NCBI GenBank assembly: GCA_001949185.1
Contig: BDGG01000015.1
Location: 1,183,036 to 1,247,035, forward strand
Source of the DNA: Ramazzottius varieornatus
Taxonomy: Eukaryota > Animalia > Tardigrada
Direction: 5' to 3'
DNA: 64,000 bases
Each line of letters starts with the position of its first letter. Position 1 is the first letter of the stretch. Shown one piece after another: positions 25,855 through 38,400 of the stretch. The position numbers and the translations under genes are program-made. Under the pieces are notes generated by a model. The model did not search any database. It saw only the letters and a list, made by a program, of their open reading frames with translations, and had not been told where the DNA came from.

Positions 25855-28658
25855 TTAACGACGGAAAAGAGACGTAGGCGCTTTTAACTCTTAATTATCA
25901 ATGTGCCAAAGATTTTATAGTCTTACAATGCGACAATGCAGCATTCACTACCCTCTGCGTCATTACAATGAGTATTTTTCTTACGTCTTAGTGGCCCAGA
26001 CCTTACACAGTCTATACTTTTCTTGTTTTTACTCCTACTAGACGCCGACTGCTACAGACAAGCATGCAGTTTCCTGGTGAGCCGCCAGGCCTTTCTGACA
26101 TACTGATTTTTCGTTTCAAATTTTAATTTTGCACAGTTGACATCAACCAGCATACAGGATTTGTTTTACTGGGTGTGGTCAAAGACCAATATCAAATCTG
26201 TGTTTCCAGTCTCTCCAAACTTTATATGGATGTCTTGTCGGTTTCCCACATCAGCCCGCGCGCACGCCATAGTAAGGTTGGCACGAAGAATTATCATAGA
26301 GGGATTGTTGATGTTGCGGTCTAGCTAGAGTAATGGAGATAGCAGAAAATAGCGAAGTGAACATTTCCATCTTATGAATATGGAAAGCGGCTAAGGAGGT
26401 GCTGTGCGTGACCATCTACCCACAGCCACCTCATCAAGAATCTGTGTAGACTGCATTATGCAGGTGTACAATGATGTTGATTTCAGGGCGTCACCCAGTA
26501 AAGCACACGGTCAGTTCACAGCACATACGCGGGATTTTTTTGAAGAGACGAGATACCTAACTTGAAAGCAGATCGAGTAGGCGCGTTGGTTCTCCACCGA
26601 GGCAAAATGCACTTGGTGGCCTGTTTACAAGCCGATATGTCAGTTGCTGTTTGTTTTGTGAGATGGAAACCCATGGTGCCGCGCAGTAGGCCCTGGTACT
26701 TTGTAAGTTAGGTGGTCAGTGCAGTGAGCTAAGGCCCAGAACCTCTGAAGTGTTACAATAGCATGGCGCGACGCATTGCTCCACTGCTAATGTCAGTTGA
26801 AATTTGTCCTGCTTGACTGCTGCTTGGACATGCCGCCTGACGGACCAGCTCAACTGTGAAAGATAACGGTATTGACATTGAATATTTAGTATCCATGGGC
26901 TGCTCCATACGGCACTTCTGATCTCTACGACCTTTCACAACGAGATTTATACCGACGCAGACACCCACCCAAGAACACATGCATCCACAGCCAAAGTGAC
27001 CCAGTGCCGTATTTCACGATGGATACGGTCAATTGACCAATAACCGCGGCGTACTTGCAGACAGTAAGTAATTTGTTTGACTGTAAAATACTGAAGTGAC
27101 TAGCTCTCAATGTATAACCATTTACTTTGAAAATTGCCTGTTTTTATCTTCATTCCGGCCATAAACTAAATTTCGACGGCCAAGATGCCACGAGAGAACT
27201 TGGTTGAACTCGTAGACCTCAACGACCATTCATTCGAGCAAAGCCAACCAGTCTAAATATCGCGGAATCATTATGTGTTCTTCACGTGCTGGCGATGTCC
27301 ATGTGGCTACTTGGTCCCGCTTATGGGGATCTTTGTAGGAAAACTTGTCCAGCTGGTCAGTAACCGCTTCACTCGTTCCAGCGCGATATTAACTTATAAA
27401 TAGCCACAAGAATTTCACACTTCTGTACTAGCCACTTGATCAGTCATGAAGACGGGAGGAGGTGGGCAGCAGTCAGAGGCAATTTGGCGCTGACACGCGT
27501 GAATAGATCGTTTGTCAAAAGATATCTTGAAAAGGTTGGACAGCAGGAGGGAAGTTGTTGGTTGAATTAATGCCTGTTGTGCGTGCTGAAGACATCGCAG
27601 CGAGATAACTGACCGCACGGCACGCCGTTCTGGTCAGTTTGGAACAAACAAAAGTTCTTCCGTTGGTTCCGACAATGTGTCCCAACTGTTGAACCGCGAG
27701 GCCTTGCGGTGGGCATCATGACCCAAACGTTCTTCTGGACTTGCTGCCTGACCGCTGGGACAGTTCCTTCGGCTTGTGTTAATGCCTGTTCCTCGTGTTC
27801 CGACTTCATCTTCCGCCTGTTCCACCTCTGCGTTCGCTCAAAATGTCAACAAAGCTTTCTTTCATCCTTTCCCCTTTCAGACTTTCACTTTTCTTGGCCA
27901 TGGCGTGCAAACTATTGGTATTGTTCTTTTCTGGGCCAGCGGCCATTGTAGGGACAATTGTTTGCTTGAAGGCGTTCAAGTTACAAGTGGAATTGGGGGA
28001 AGGTCGAATAAATCCAAGGAGAGAGTGGATGTGACGATGATCGGAAGGTCGAGAGGGGGAAAGGAGTGTGAGTGAGTAAAATGCGACGCCATTGTCTCAC
28101 CTGTGATCATGGACAGCCTTATCAACAGGCTCAACGCTGGCCCTGGCCAGCTTCCATCTTTGCTAGAGCAGATTCATGGACATTGGAGTCTATAATTATT
28201 ATTACACCGTATAAACTTTGTCTGCTCGTATTCATCATAAGCAATCTCCTGACCATGAAAGCGAGCTTTAGCTGGAGAACAGCCGTTGTGTGGTATCGTA
28301 CGTCGCTGAGCTGAGTTATACGCTAAATCCTCCGGAGAGCCTACGTCGTCCCCTCTCAGGCAGTGCTCGAACGTCTAGGAGCAAGGATTATCATCCTGGG
28401 ATAATCCTGGATTTTTCTGGAAGTTTTCTGAAATATTCTGGAATTTTTTGGAGTTTTTCTAGCTTTACTAAGTTTTTGCTGCGTCATGAACTGGTGCCCC
28501 ATCAATCAATTCGGTACAAATCAACTGGAGCAAACGGCCGGTTAATTAAAACAAAATTGATTCGTCTCAGTATCCTGCCGATCGGAAAAATGGACAGTGG
28601 CACGAACCTTACCGTACGATCGACAGGGTATGACGTAACTCGTGCTACCTGGTAGGTA

Positions 28659-28861
28659 CAGTGTGGGCAATTAGGTTACTCTAAAAGGGGGAGGGCCAAA
28701 ATCGAGATTTCGACAAGTGACGTAGAAACTCCGGCTCGAAGTAATCAGCAGATCAAGCGGCAGTTCACGTCTCTGCATTGCAGCTTGATCAGCTGTTTGC
28801 TTTCTACGTCACGTCGATTTTGGCCTTGCCCCCTCTTAGTGTACCTTATTTGTCTACACTG
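28659..28861. mobile_element. 203-bp Tc1/mariner-type MITE, copy 1
   Basis: TA|CAGTGTGGGCAATTAGGTTAC...GTACCTTATTTGTCTACACTG|TA: imperfect terminal inverted repeats, TA target duplication, near-identical to 37624-37826. Confidence 0.88.
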
Positions 28862-31264
28862 TAGATAGGTAGGTTGACCACCGATACATAGCAATTGTGG
28901 GAAGACGTGTGACGCTCTCGCAATACCGGTACTTATACACCTCATCGTCGCACTGTGTGCTTCTGAACCGCGCGTCCATCTGAGACCAGCTTGCCATAAA
29001 ATCAGCTTTATCATCATATCGGCTGTCCAATGCGACAAGACGCTAACTTGGGCACAGGAGGACGAGAATCGAATCTCGCTACGCTACCCTTTTTGTTGCT
29101 GGAATGCGAGATTACGTCAGGACCGCCCTGCTACGGTTGGCTAAGCCATGAACCCAGCCTACTTTCGCTCGACGTACACAACTAAGAACGGACGGTTCAG
29201 CGGCGCTCCAGTGTCATCATCGTCTTCGCGGCTTGGAAGAACGAGTAGGCATTAGCTGTTGAATCCACTCCAGCACCTATTGCCTTCTACTTGTCAATTT
29301 CTCCAGTACCTCCAGTACAAGATTGATTGAGGCAGCGGTGGTGTGTATCCAGACTTGAGAAGGCTGCTGTGCTGTGCCGGTAGACTTCTTCTTCCTCTTG
29401 GCTCTTGCCACAGACTGTACGTAAGCGGCGTTTAGTAGCAACTGCCGATGAATCTTGAAGGAAGGTTATCTTGACAGTGTATAATATATGCATATTCATC
29501 GGTTGTCTTTCCGTGACCCCGAGGGAAAGGAATCTTTGAGCGTGGATAGGAGAGTCAAGGCGCTGAGATATTTACCCGTCGAGTCGACCGTCGTTTCGGA
29601 GTGGCCGAGCTCTAGCTGTGATGGCTCGTTGACGTAATTGGCAAGTAGGTAAGTCAAGTACCTTGTCCGTGGGTTCTGGCCAACAGGAAACGCCCGAGCG
29701 CGACCACCCCAATGATCGAGAAGTGTCTTGTTGATGCGGACAATGTCAGCTCGTGTTACCAGCAGCCCGATGCGCAAGAGTGAAGGGGGAAGTGGCTTTA
29801 GGCTAATGTGAACTATGATCCGCTGCGCTGCAATTAAAGGCTAATGTTTATAGGCGAGATGTGTATCAGCAGGTCAGTGTGTGAAAACCTTTGAGGAGCC
29901 CGGACTGTCGTCAGATCTGAGCGAGACTTGAGCCGGCCACTTGTCTGGCCTGTTGCTCTCTGGCAGCTTAGGCCCTGCATGCTAATTGAACTAGCCCCTT
30001 CATTACCGCGGATTTTATCGACTGTCATACGGGGCCGTTGTGTAGGGAATGGGCGCGAGGGATGGCGGCTGACCGCTGGTCGAATGGACAAATGGTGATA
30101 AACACTGTCAGTCAACTTGGAGCAATTTACCTGACAGCATAGTTACACAGGGGAATGGGATCGCGGCCATATGCCGCCTATCTTGCTCGGGAAATGTCAT
30201 AAATCCGATTTCCGGCTGGCCCTGTTCGTCAAAACCCTCGTTAACTGACCACGGGCCAAATGTTATCATGTTATTCTGTTGGGCCATCCTTCGTTCATCA
30301 GAAGGTTCCTTTGCCTTATTTGTTGCCAGCTTGCACAGGCTCTGCCCGTCGCAAGATAATAGACTGCAGCGACTTTGACGTACAAAAGTGGCGCACTCTC
30401 TGAAATTTGTCTTATCTTGTTTCAGGATGGTAAAGGCACACTCATCCAGTCATCGCAGAAGAGGTTTCACCCTTCAATGTCAACTGCAGGAAATGCTCCA
30501 TTGAGGTACGTCAGACCTGCGCTTTGTTGTTGGCGCTCCTTGGAATCTCTGCCAAAACCATCGACTGTACCTCTATATCTGTGAAGGTGCTGTTTGTCTC
30601 TGTGATTTGTAACCATTGGTTTGAGCTTGGACGTTTGGCGGCTGGCGACGCGGTGCGGATGTTAAGTTAGGCAGGGATCGAGCAAATATTGAAACGGCCA
30701 TTGTTCAGTGTTGCAGTCCCATATCAGTTACGCTGATGGTTCTACACTCTACCCAGAAAACTTCACCGTCTTGTTTCTATAACACGCAGGCAGTTTTGAG
30801 GACTTTCCGCATCCATGATGGATGAGGGGCATAGTTGAGGTTTCAGTTTCACTATGCAGGTACCTACCTTTAATACCCTGAAGTTGCATGGTGGATGGAT
30901 GGTTATGCAGTGATCTGATGATCCGTATAGGTTGTCTGACATTGGCGCATATAATGGTGACTTTCATCTGTCCTGTGACTGAGCGGCTAAGTTTAGCTCA
31001 AGTGCCGGCTGCTATAATACTTAGGCCGTAGCCCTCCGTCCTTCTATTCCGCCTAACTGTTGTTTAATTCTCGTTCGACTGACCGGCCTCTCAATGGATT
31101 TCCTTGTCCTGGCGACTTGCTACTCGATATCATTACGCCGTCAGGAACCAAGTGCCCATTTTCTAACTTGCGCCCTTACATGGCATTTCACATCGGCATT
31201 ATCGCGCCTACCGTTAAAACCTCGCTCTCTATTACTCTGTAAGGTCTTTAAAAGAGCTTTGTAA

Positions 31265-31282
31265 CCCCCCCCCCCCCCCCCC
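31265..31282 (+). repeat. Poly-C homopolymer (C18)
   Basis: Directly visible run of 18 C. Confidence 0.9.
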
Positions 31283-32417
31283 GCTTGTGAAAGACGCCAT
31301 TAGCCTCAAAGTGGCTCTGCCACTCTGTCGTCGAGCTTAGCTTTTCTCCTAATAACTCTGCGCAACTCCACTTGACCACTACTGGAGTATCACAACGCTC
31401 TGGTGTCTTTGCAATGATGTCCTGGCTATGCTTGATTTTACACTTTGTTTAATTATTGAGCTAAATTATGCTTGGTTTTTAAAACATGTCTTGGACTTTT
31501 GTTCTTCCTATTGTGCGTTTGGGTTCCAGGCGACGCACATACTGTATATACCGGCGACAGTATCAACCACTCTGATCAAGTGGTGTAGATTGTGGTGCTG
31601 CTTGCTGAAGAACCTCGGCGTATAGCAAAGTTTGAGTGATGTTGATATTCGACACTCGTCAAAGTCAACATTAGGCCTCCTGACGACTGTCGAGCGGACT
31701 ATAGTGATGGCGGGATGAATATCTCCCACTGAGTAGATGTCATAATGGCGGAAGATTGTCTTTTTGTAGATACTGATATAATGAGGATGTACGACGCGAG
31801 CCTTATTAGCACTACGGTGGGAAGCGTCTTGCCGTAAACCCTTCCAATCTGCGATCACTCAAACAGACTGACGACACTTCGCATCAGTTGCATGGTGTAT
31901 ACATTCACTCTTTTATGGATACACTATTAAAGGTTCTTCTTCCGTTGAATCATCCGGCACGAGCTGACGTCGGATTCGCCGGTTCTCCGCCATCGCTCCC
32001 GCTTGTATTCCTTCCGAAGTCTGACTGAGTCACTCTACTGTAGTGCGGCCAGAAGTTGGCTCAAGAAGTGAGAAGAGATCACGAAGAGTAAGGAAAAGGA
32101 AGTGGTGCGTAACGCCTGAAGCATCTGTTGCATTTTCTCTTCCAGAATCTTTTGGGATTTTTCGCTGTGTGCTTTCCTCTGGTTTAACGGCAGATTGTCA
32201 CATGATTCTTTTGGCTTATTACTGTCTTGCTGTCGTGCTTATGTTGGATATTAATTTTAGGCTGGAGAGTCATTTGGGCTGCTGGAAGTGAGCAAAGGAG
32301 GACATTAAATGGCAGTGTCGTTCCATTAAGTTTTCACCGGCTGGTTTGGCCGCTCGTCCGCCACATTTGCCAGCTCGTTTGGCCGGCGTAATTGGGCGTT
32401 GTGTTGCTGGAAGGGAG

Positions 32418-35400
32418 ATGAAAGAGGAGAATATTGGTGTTACGAAAGGAAACGGTGGCGATAGGGCAGCAGCTGCCGTGGTGGCCCATGAGATGGAGAG
32501 CCATCGCCGCCTGGACCATTTGGCCCAGGAAGCCGCCAAGAAAGTCGACGAGTTCAATGCCTTATTAGCCGATGTCGAATCTCGCTCACGAAATCAGCGC
32601 TTCCTGCTGGCTCGGCATTACGATAGCATGGATTCTATCCACAATCTTGTTGCTACCAAGCGACCTTCCACCTTGGATATCCACACCGAGCCACAGCACG
32701 CTCATGGTAAGTGCGACGTTATACTCATCTTACGATTTCCCGGTTCCATCCCTACTGGGTTTTGTCAGCATATGCCTACATGCTATGAATAGGTAGAGCC
32801 TCGTACATTTTCTATGGGCAGAATAATTTGTCCTTGACATTTACCAACAGCGCTCCTATTGCGCGATAATCTGCTTGATCGAAGTGCACTTTCCTGGCTG
32901 GAGAATCTAGAAGATGTTTCAGATGGTGTTTTTTCTAACTGACGATGTCTCCATCTGTCTCAGAAGGCAAACATCCTAACTACAAGGGTGAGGTTGTCAT
33001 TGGGGGTTGTGGCGTTTCAGGCTGTCATCTACGGATTGACGAGGTGGAAGATTTCGGTCCGCTGTCGCAAAAGCTGAAAAGTAAAGAAGCGTCGTTGCTG
33101 CCTCCTTCCGTGCCTCGTGGCCGGCGCTTCTCGGCCATGGCCTTCTCCCTTCCCCGAAGTGCCTACGGTCGGAAAGGTTCGCTTCCGCCGCTTGGCGCCA
33201 GCTGCGGCCCCAGCAGGCTTCCTCCGACCACGTCCTCCACTCTGCCACACAAGAGCTGGAGCAGCCTGGTCGAGGTCAGGCCTTTCCCCAGCCACACTAC
33301 AACGGTCAACCTGCCGCACAACAGCGTCGGCGGCCTGGTTAAGCTCTTCAGCGAGGTTGCAGCTGGTGGTCATAATGCTTCACCTGCACCGGCTAAGAGA
33401 GCTGCACCCGCTCCACTTCACATTCCTGCCACGCATCAAGAGGCAGCTTCGGCCTCGGCACGTTTGCTGGTGCGAGGGCCCGACAAGACCGTCTTTGCCA
33501 GTGAACCATTGTCCCCGCTGGCCCATCGAGCGCTCAGTCCGCCCTTCGCAGACACTCTCCCTCTTCCCCCACAAGCAAGCACCAACCTCAGCCAAGGCCA
33601 TGCCCACACAGAACCAAGTCTTTCACCGGGCTTCCTCAATTCATTTTTCTTTGGTAAGAACAGCAAAGGGGCAGAACTATTACTAATCGACCTGACCAAA
33701 CAATTCCAAGACATAACAAAATCAGATGCTGTATTTGACTGTAATCTTGTTTAGGGAAAGAAGAACCAAAGAAAAGTACGTCCGGGGACTTTGCGGTGCT
33801 TCTTCGGAGCGCAGTGCCTGCAAGTGGAGGAAGAGCTGACCATCAGTCGGTAAGTTGGCTGGCTGTGAATGGCTCTCCGGCTATTTCGGGATGGAGTAAG
33901 ATGAGAGCAGCTTTGTATACACATGTCAGACAGTGTCACAGCATTCAGATGTGCTGAGCCAGTAATGAAAAGTGTCATTTATTAAGGAGCGGAATGTGGT
34001 GGAGACGAGTGCGAGGGAGACGAAGACGGACAGCTCCAGTCTGGAGCGTCTGTTGGCAAGCTTGAATTTCTCAAAGTTCCGCCTGACAGATCGGCAGCAG
34101 AAAGCGGCGCAACAGATGGGAAATGGGTCGTCTTGCCATCATGGAGCCACAATGGCGCGCACGGTCTCCCCCTATCCACGGCAACCAGCAGCCAAAGTAT
34201 GGCCCAACGGCGCCGAACAGCGCAAAGTGGGTCAACAGCAAGCATCTCCCGCAGCGACATCTTTGCCGTCCAACGCTGCCTCCCTGCTGGAAGTACCACC
34301 GACACCCGCATCAAGGTCGTCCATCACCCGCACCACTTCACTCGGCAAGATCAGCGACAACCCCCTCAAGGACCTCCTACCAACGGTAAAGTCAATGAAA
34401 AGTTCAATGCCGCATATTTCAGTCTACATTTGCCATATTCTCATATTAAACAACAAAAGAAATCTTTTACGGGATTTTGCACGCTGGCTGGCAACTCTAA
34501 TGTGAAAACTACAATTATGAAATCTAGACAGCTGTAGCAAGTGGTCTCCATTAGTTTCGGTCTATGTTAGGCACATCGACAAACGCAGCTGCCAAAACTG
34601 TACCGATGAATTCCATCCATTATTCTCAGATTTTCATCAGAAGGAAAGTTTAAGAAATTGAACTTTCTCATTGTTTTGAAGGTTGAGAGTTTCAAGATGG
34701 TGCAGCGAAGTGTACGCCCACGCGTTACATTATCGGAAGATCGTGAAGCAGGTCTCTTCGCCACTTCATCGACACTGGCCGATTTGGACAGCGGAGCCAT
34801 TGATAAAGTATCGGCAGACATTGCCGCTCTAATTAGCGACATTCGTCAGCACTACCAATTGTACCGCAAGCGCGATCAGTCGGCCACTGCTACAGCCAGT
34901 AGCAGCTCACTCCACACATACGCTAAGACAGGAGATGCCTCGTCGACCAACAAGGGCATCAGAACAGACTTGGGCAAGGTTGCCACGGCTGACGAGCCAG
35001 AGATGAAGGTCCCGCCAAAGCGCGACGGCGATTACAAGTTGCCCTCTGTCGTCTCGGACGATTACGCCGAGAGCTGCCAGGCGCCGAAGATTGAAAACTT
35101 TGAAGTGGACACGGAATCCACATCCTCCTCCTACGTCTTCTCCGTGCCGCCTGTCACGTCGCGTGCTCCTCCAACAGAAACGCCGCCGGCTGCCAGTAAA
35201 CAATGGGAAAGATCAAGCACGCCTCGAGATAAACGTCGGCCTTTCGACAAAGTCAAGGAGGAGCTACTCCCTTCTTCGCCTCTGCAAGACGACAGTGACA
35301 ACTCGATGGCCACCCCGCTTCCTGCTACCTCATTAAACACTCATTACAGCCGTAAACCCCACGATCATCGCACAATGACTTTTCCGCCTCTTAACAGAAA

Positions 35401-38400
35401 ATCCTCCACCACAATATTACCTGGTATGCCTCACTATGACTTCATTCCTTGAAAGTTTTCATTTATTGGATATTAGATTGCCTCGCTGAATTGTCAAGGA
35501 CAAGTTTTGGCCTTTTCAGCCGCTTTACGCGCTGATTCAGTACCAAATATTTTTTACATGAGCGAACTCAAAGATAGATAATATTATGGTTCTACTGCAA
35601 CTCAAGGCGCTAGTATCTATGAGGATTGATTGGAAGTGATAGGCTGTGATATTTGTCTGTTATTTTGCAGGTATCGTTCAAGGTCGGGAGTTTTTGGTGC
35701 AGTCGGGAAGCGAGCAGGAGCACTGGCAGCACAGTCAAGTCGAGGAGCCGGAGCACCGTCTTTCATCAGCCTCTTACCCGGAAAGTGCCTTCTCCTTGAC
35801 GGACAGTGTCTACAGTACGGCCGGCTCGACCAGTCTCTCCTCTTACATTGACACTTCCATGTCGGAGACGTCCTCCGTCCGTCCCACACTCCTCTCCACC
35901 TCCGACTCCTCCGAGCAGAAGGAGTCACGCAATGGCAAGCCGCGCTACCACAGCGACCCCCAACGGGCCGCCGTCACCATTGCCCAGATGCCCCAAGACG
36001 ATAGCAACACCACACCGCTCAGCTTCATCAGCGAACCTATTCTCTCCTCTTCCAGCAAAATCAAGGAAGCCCCACCACTGTCCAAGAGAACTCCTTCCTC
36101 AAAGAAGAATATGCTTAATGTGCCTTTAGATTTGAAATGTGACCTGGTGAGGGAAAGCGGTGGACATTACATGGAGATGTATCCGCTGGTTAGTGCAGAG
36201 AGAGCTCGTGGCTCAGGGCAGGGCCTTGCCGCCCTAATGTCCCCGCCGGTTGGACGGAAGGAGTACCGCAACGATAGCTTCGCAGCTTCCGATAAGCGCT
36301 TACCCAGGGGACCGTTCGGTTTGCGGCTGGAGGAGGAGCAGATCAAGCGACAACGAAGTGGACAGCGCCAGCTCGTTCAGGATCTCACCTTCCTCCACGA
36401 GAGCCCTGCTTCCTCACCAGGTACCTCAACCTTCAAATGGCATTCTACAAGTTACACTACTCTCTTTTCATCGATAAGTAAACCCAGTATGCAATGACCC
36501 CTGCCCATCAAATTACTTCAGGTTTTGGGTTTTTCATTTCTCCACTGTTAGATAACGTATTTCGAATATCATCAAGCAGTACTATTAGAAGCCACAAAAA
36601 GGTACTGCCGAATCGTGGTTCTGTATTGCAGTATGCGGGGTGAACTGGGTAAGGTAACCTGATAGTATAGTATCGTAAGTTGCTGTTTGTTACAGGACTT
36701 CCGGAGTTACATCCTCACCATGTCGCCGATCAGCACTTGGCCTCGAATCATCACATGGATGCAAGTCAAGGTCCAAAGCGCCGGCAATCGGCTGGAACGC
36801 ATCATGGTGACAAGACGATTCGATCAGGACGTCAGTACTCTTCGCCCGATCTGTACCGATCGACATCGCACAAAGAGCCCTCCTCCGCCTCCTCTACACT
36901 GCGAGTCGCTGACATTAGCCGGTCCGTCTCCGATGCCCAAGCCACTTGCTGGAAGAAGATCACGGAGGAAACAGACAGCGCCATCTGCCTGGGTTCCACC
37001 GAAAGTATGCCGACGGAGAGCGGCAGCATCTCCCTGTCGACCGTCTCCAGCAGCAGCACGGTAAGCAAAGTGCCAAGCACTTCCGCCCTGATGTAATGGC
37101 CATCAGCCATTACATCACGCTATTTATAAGCCGGCCACCATCAGATCAGATGTCTCCATTAAAACCATGTCTTGGGGTGAGGACTGTCGGCGACGATATC
37201 GTACATTGTATACGCCGCACATCGTAGGCCTTGTGTACTTTGTGTGTCGTCGTCAATCGTCATTGACCCACCCCGTTATTGTAGCCAAAAATAAGATAGG
37301 GAAAGAGGACACTGCCCTCTATGAAGTATTTGATTGTACGTGGCAGCGCAATGAAACGCTCAAGTATCGCCGGCGACACAGTGCCTCTGCGTAAATATTG
37401 TGGTTTTGGGGGGAAGGCGTCAATGGGATGGGTCCACAAATTATCAGTGACGTGGTCATGATCGCAGGGGGCTTGTAGATGCACAAATAGCATCAAAGTG
37501 ATGTTTGACAATGGAGTCAGGTGCCCCTATAGGCCACAGGTGGTGGAATTGCTTGGCGAAAATAGAGATGGGCGTGGACATTCGGCCTTGACCGAAACTA
37601 GGGGGATATTCCCCTCCATAATACAGTGTAGGCAAATAAGGTACTCTAAAAGGGGGAGGGCCAAAATCGAGATTTCGACAAGTGACGTAGAAACTCCGGC
37701 TCGAAGTAATCAGCAGATCAAGCGGCAGTTCACGTCTCTGCATTGCAGCTTGATCAGCTGTTTGCTTTCTACATCACGTCGATTTTGGCCTTGCCCCCTC
37801 TTAGTGTACCTTATTTGCCTACACTGTATCATGTGACGAAGCCAACGGACCGCTTCCAGCTTCCTATAGTTTCACCAAGGTGTATTGGTCGAAAAAGTCA
37901 TCAGTCAGTAGTCAGCTCGGCTCTTCCTCTTGATCTTTGCTCCTTTTGGTCCCTGTGACATTGGAGGAAAAAGGCGGCTGGGCATGGACAGACAGCAAGG
38001 AGCAGAAATTGTCAAAAGACGAGATGTCTTCCGGGGTGACCTCCACTTCCTTATTAGGCTATTCCGGAGGATGCGCTTGCTTACTTCACCAGTCATAGGA
38101 GGGAAAGATGACTGCATTACAGCACAGATTAAAACGTTTGCGGCTGGAGGTAATAACTGATTTGCCAAACAGCATGGCGTGATGCCTGGACATGGCAGTC
38201 CGCTTCTTTCATTAATGTTCCACATTGCACTCAAGCGTGCTGGATACTTCCGCATGTCCATCCTGGATCGATGCCGAAGCTAATTCCTATTTAATCTTGT
38301 CCTTTTCTTCCCTCCTCCACACTGAAGATGCACAGTTACAGGGGCAAAAGTGAGCAATTAGTCAGACTTGCCAGCTGCAGCTTGTGCTTGATCATCCGTT

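Noticed and set aside
25900-32300. Hidden protein-coding or RNA gene between the two RhoGEFs
   Set aside because: No recognisable homology, tRNA cloverleaf or known miRNA was found. It is probably 5'UTR exons, introns and regulatory DNA of ARHGEF17-like.
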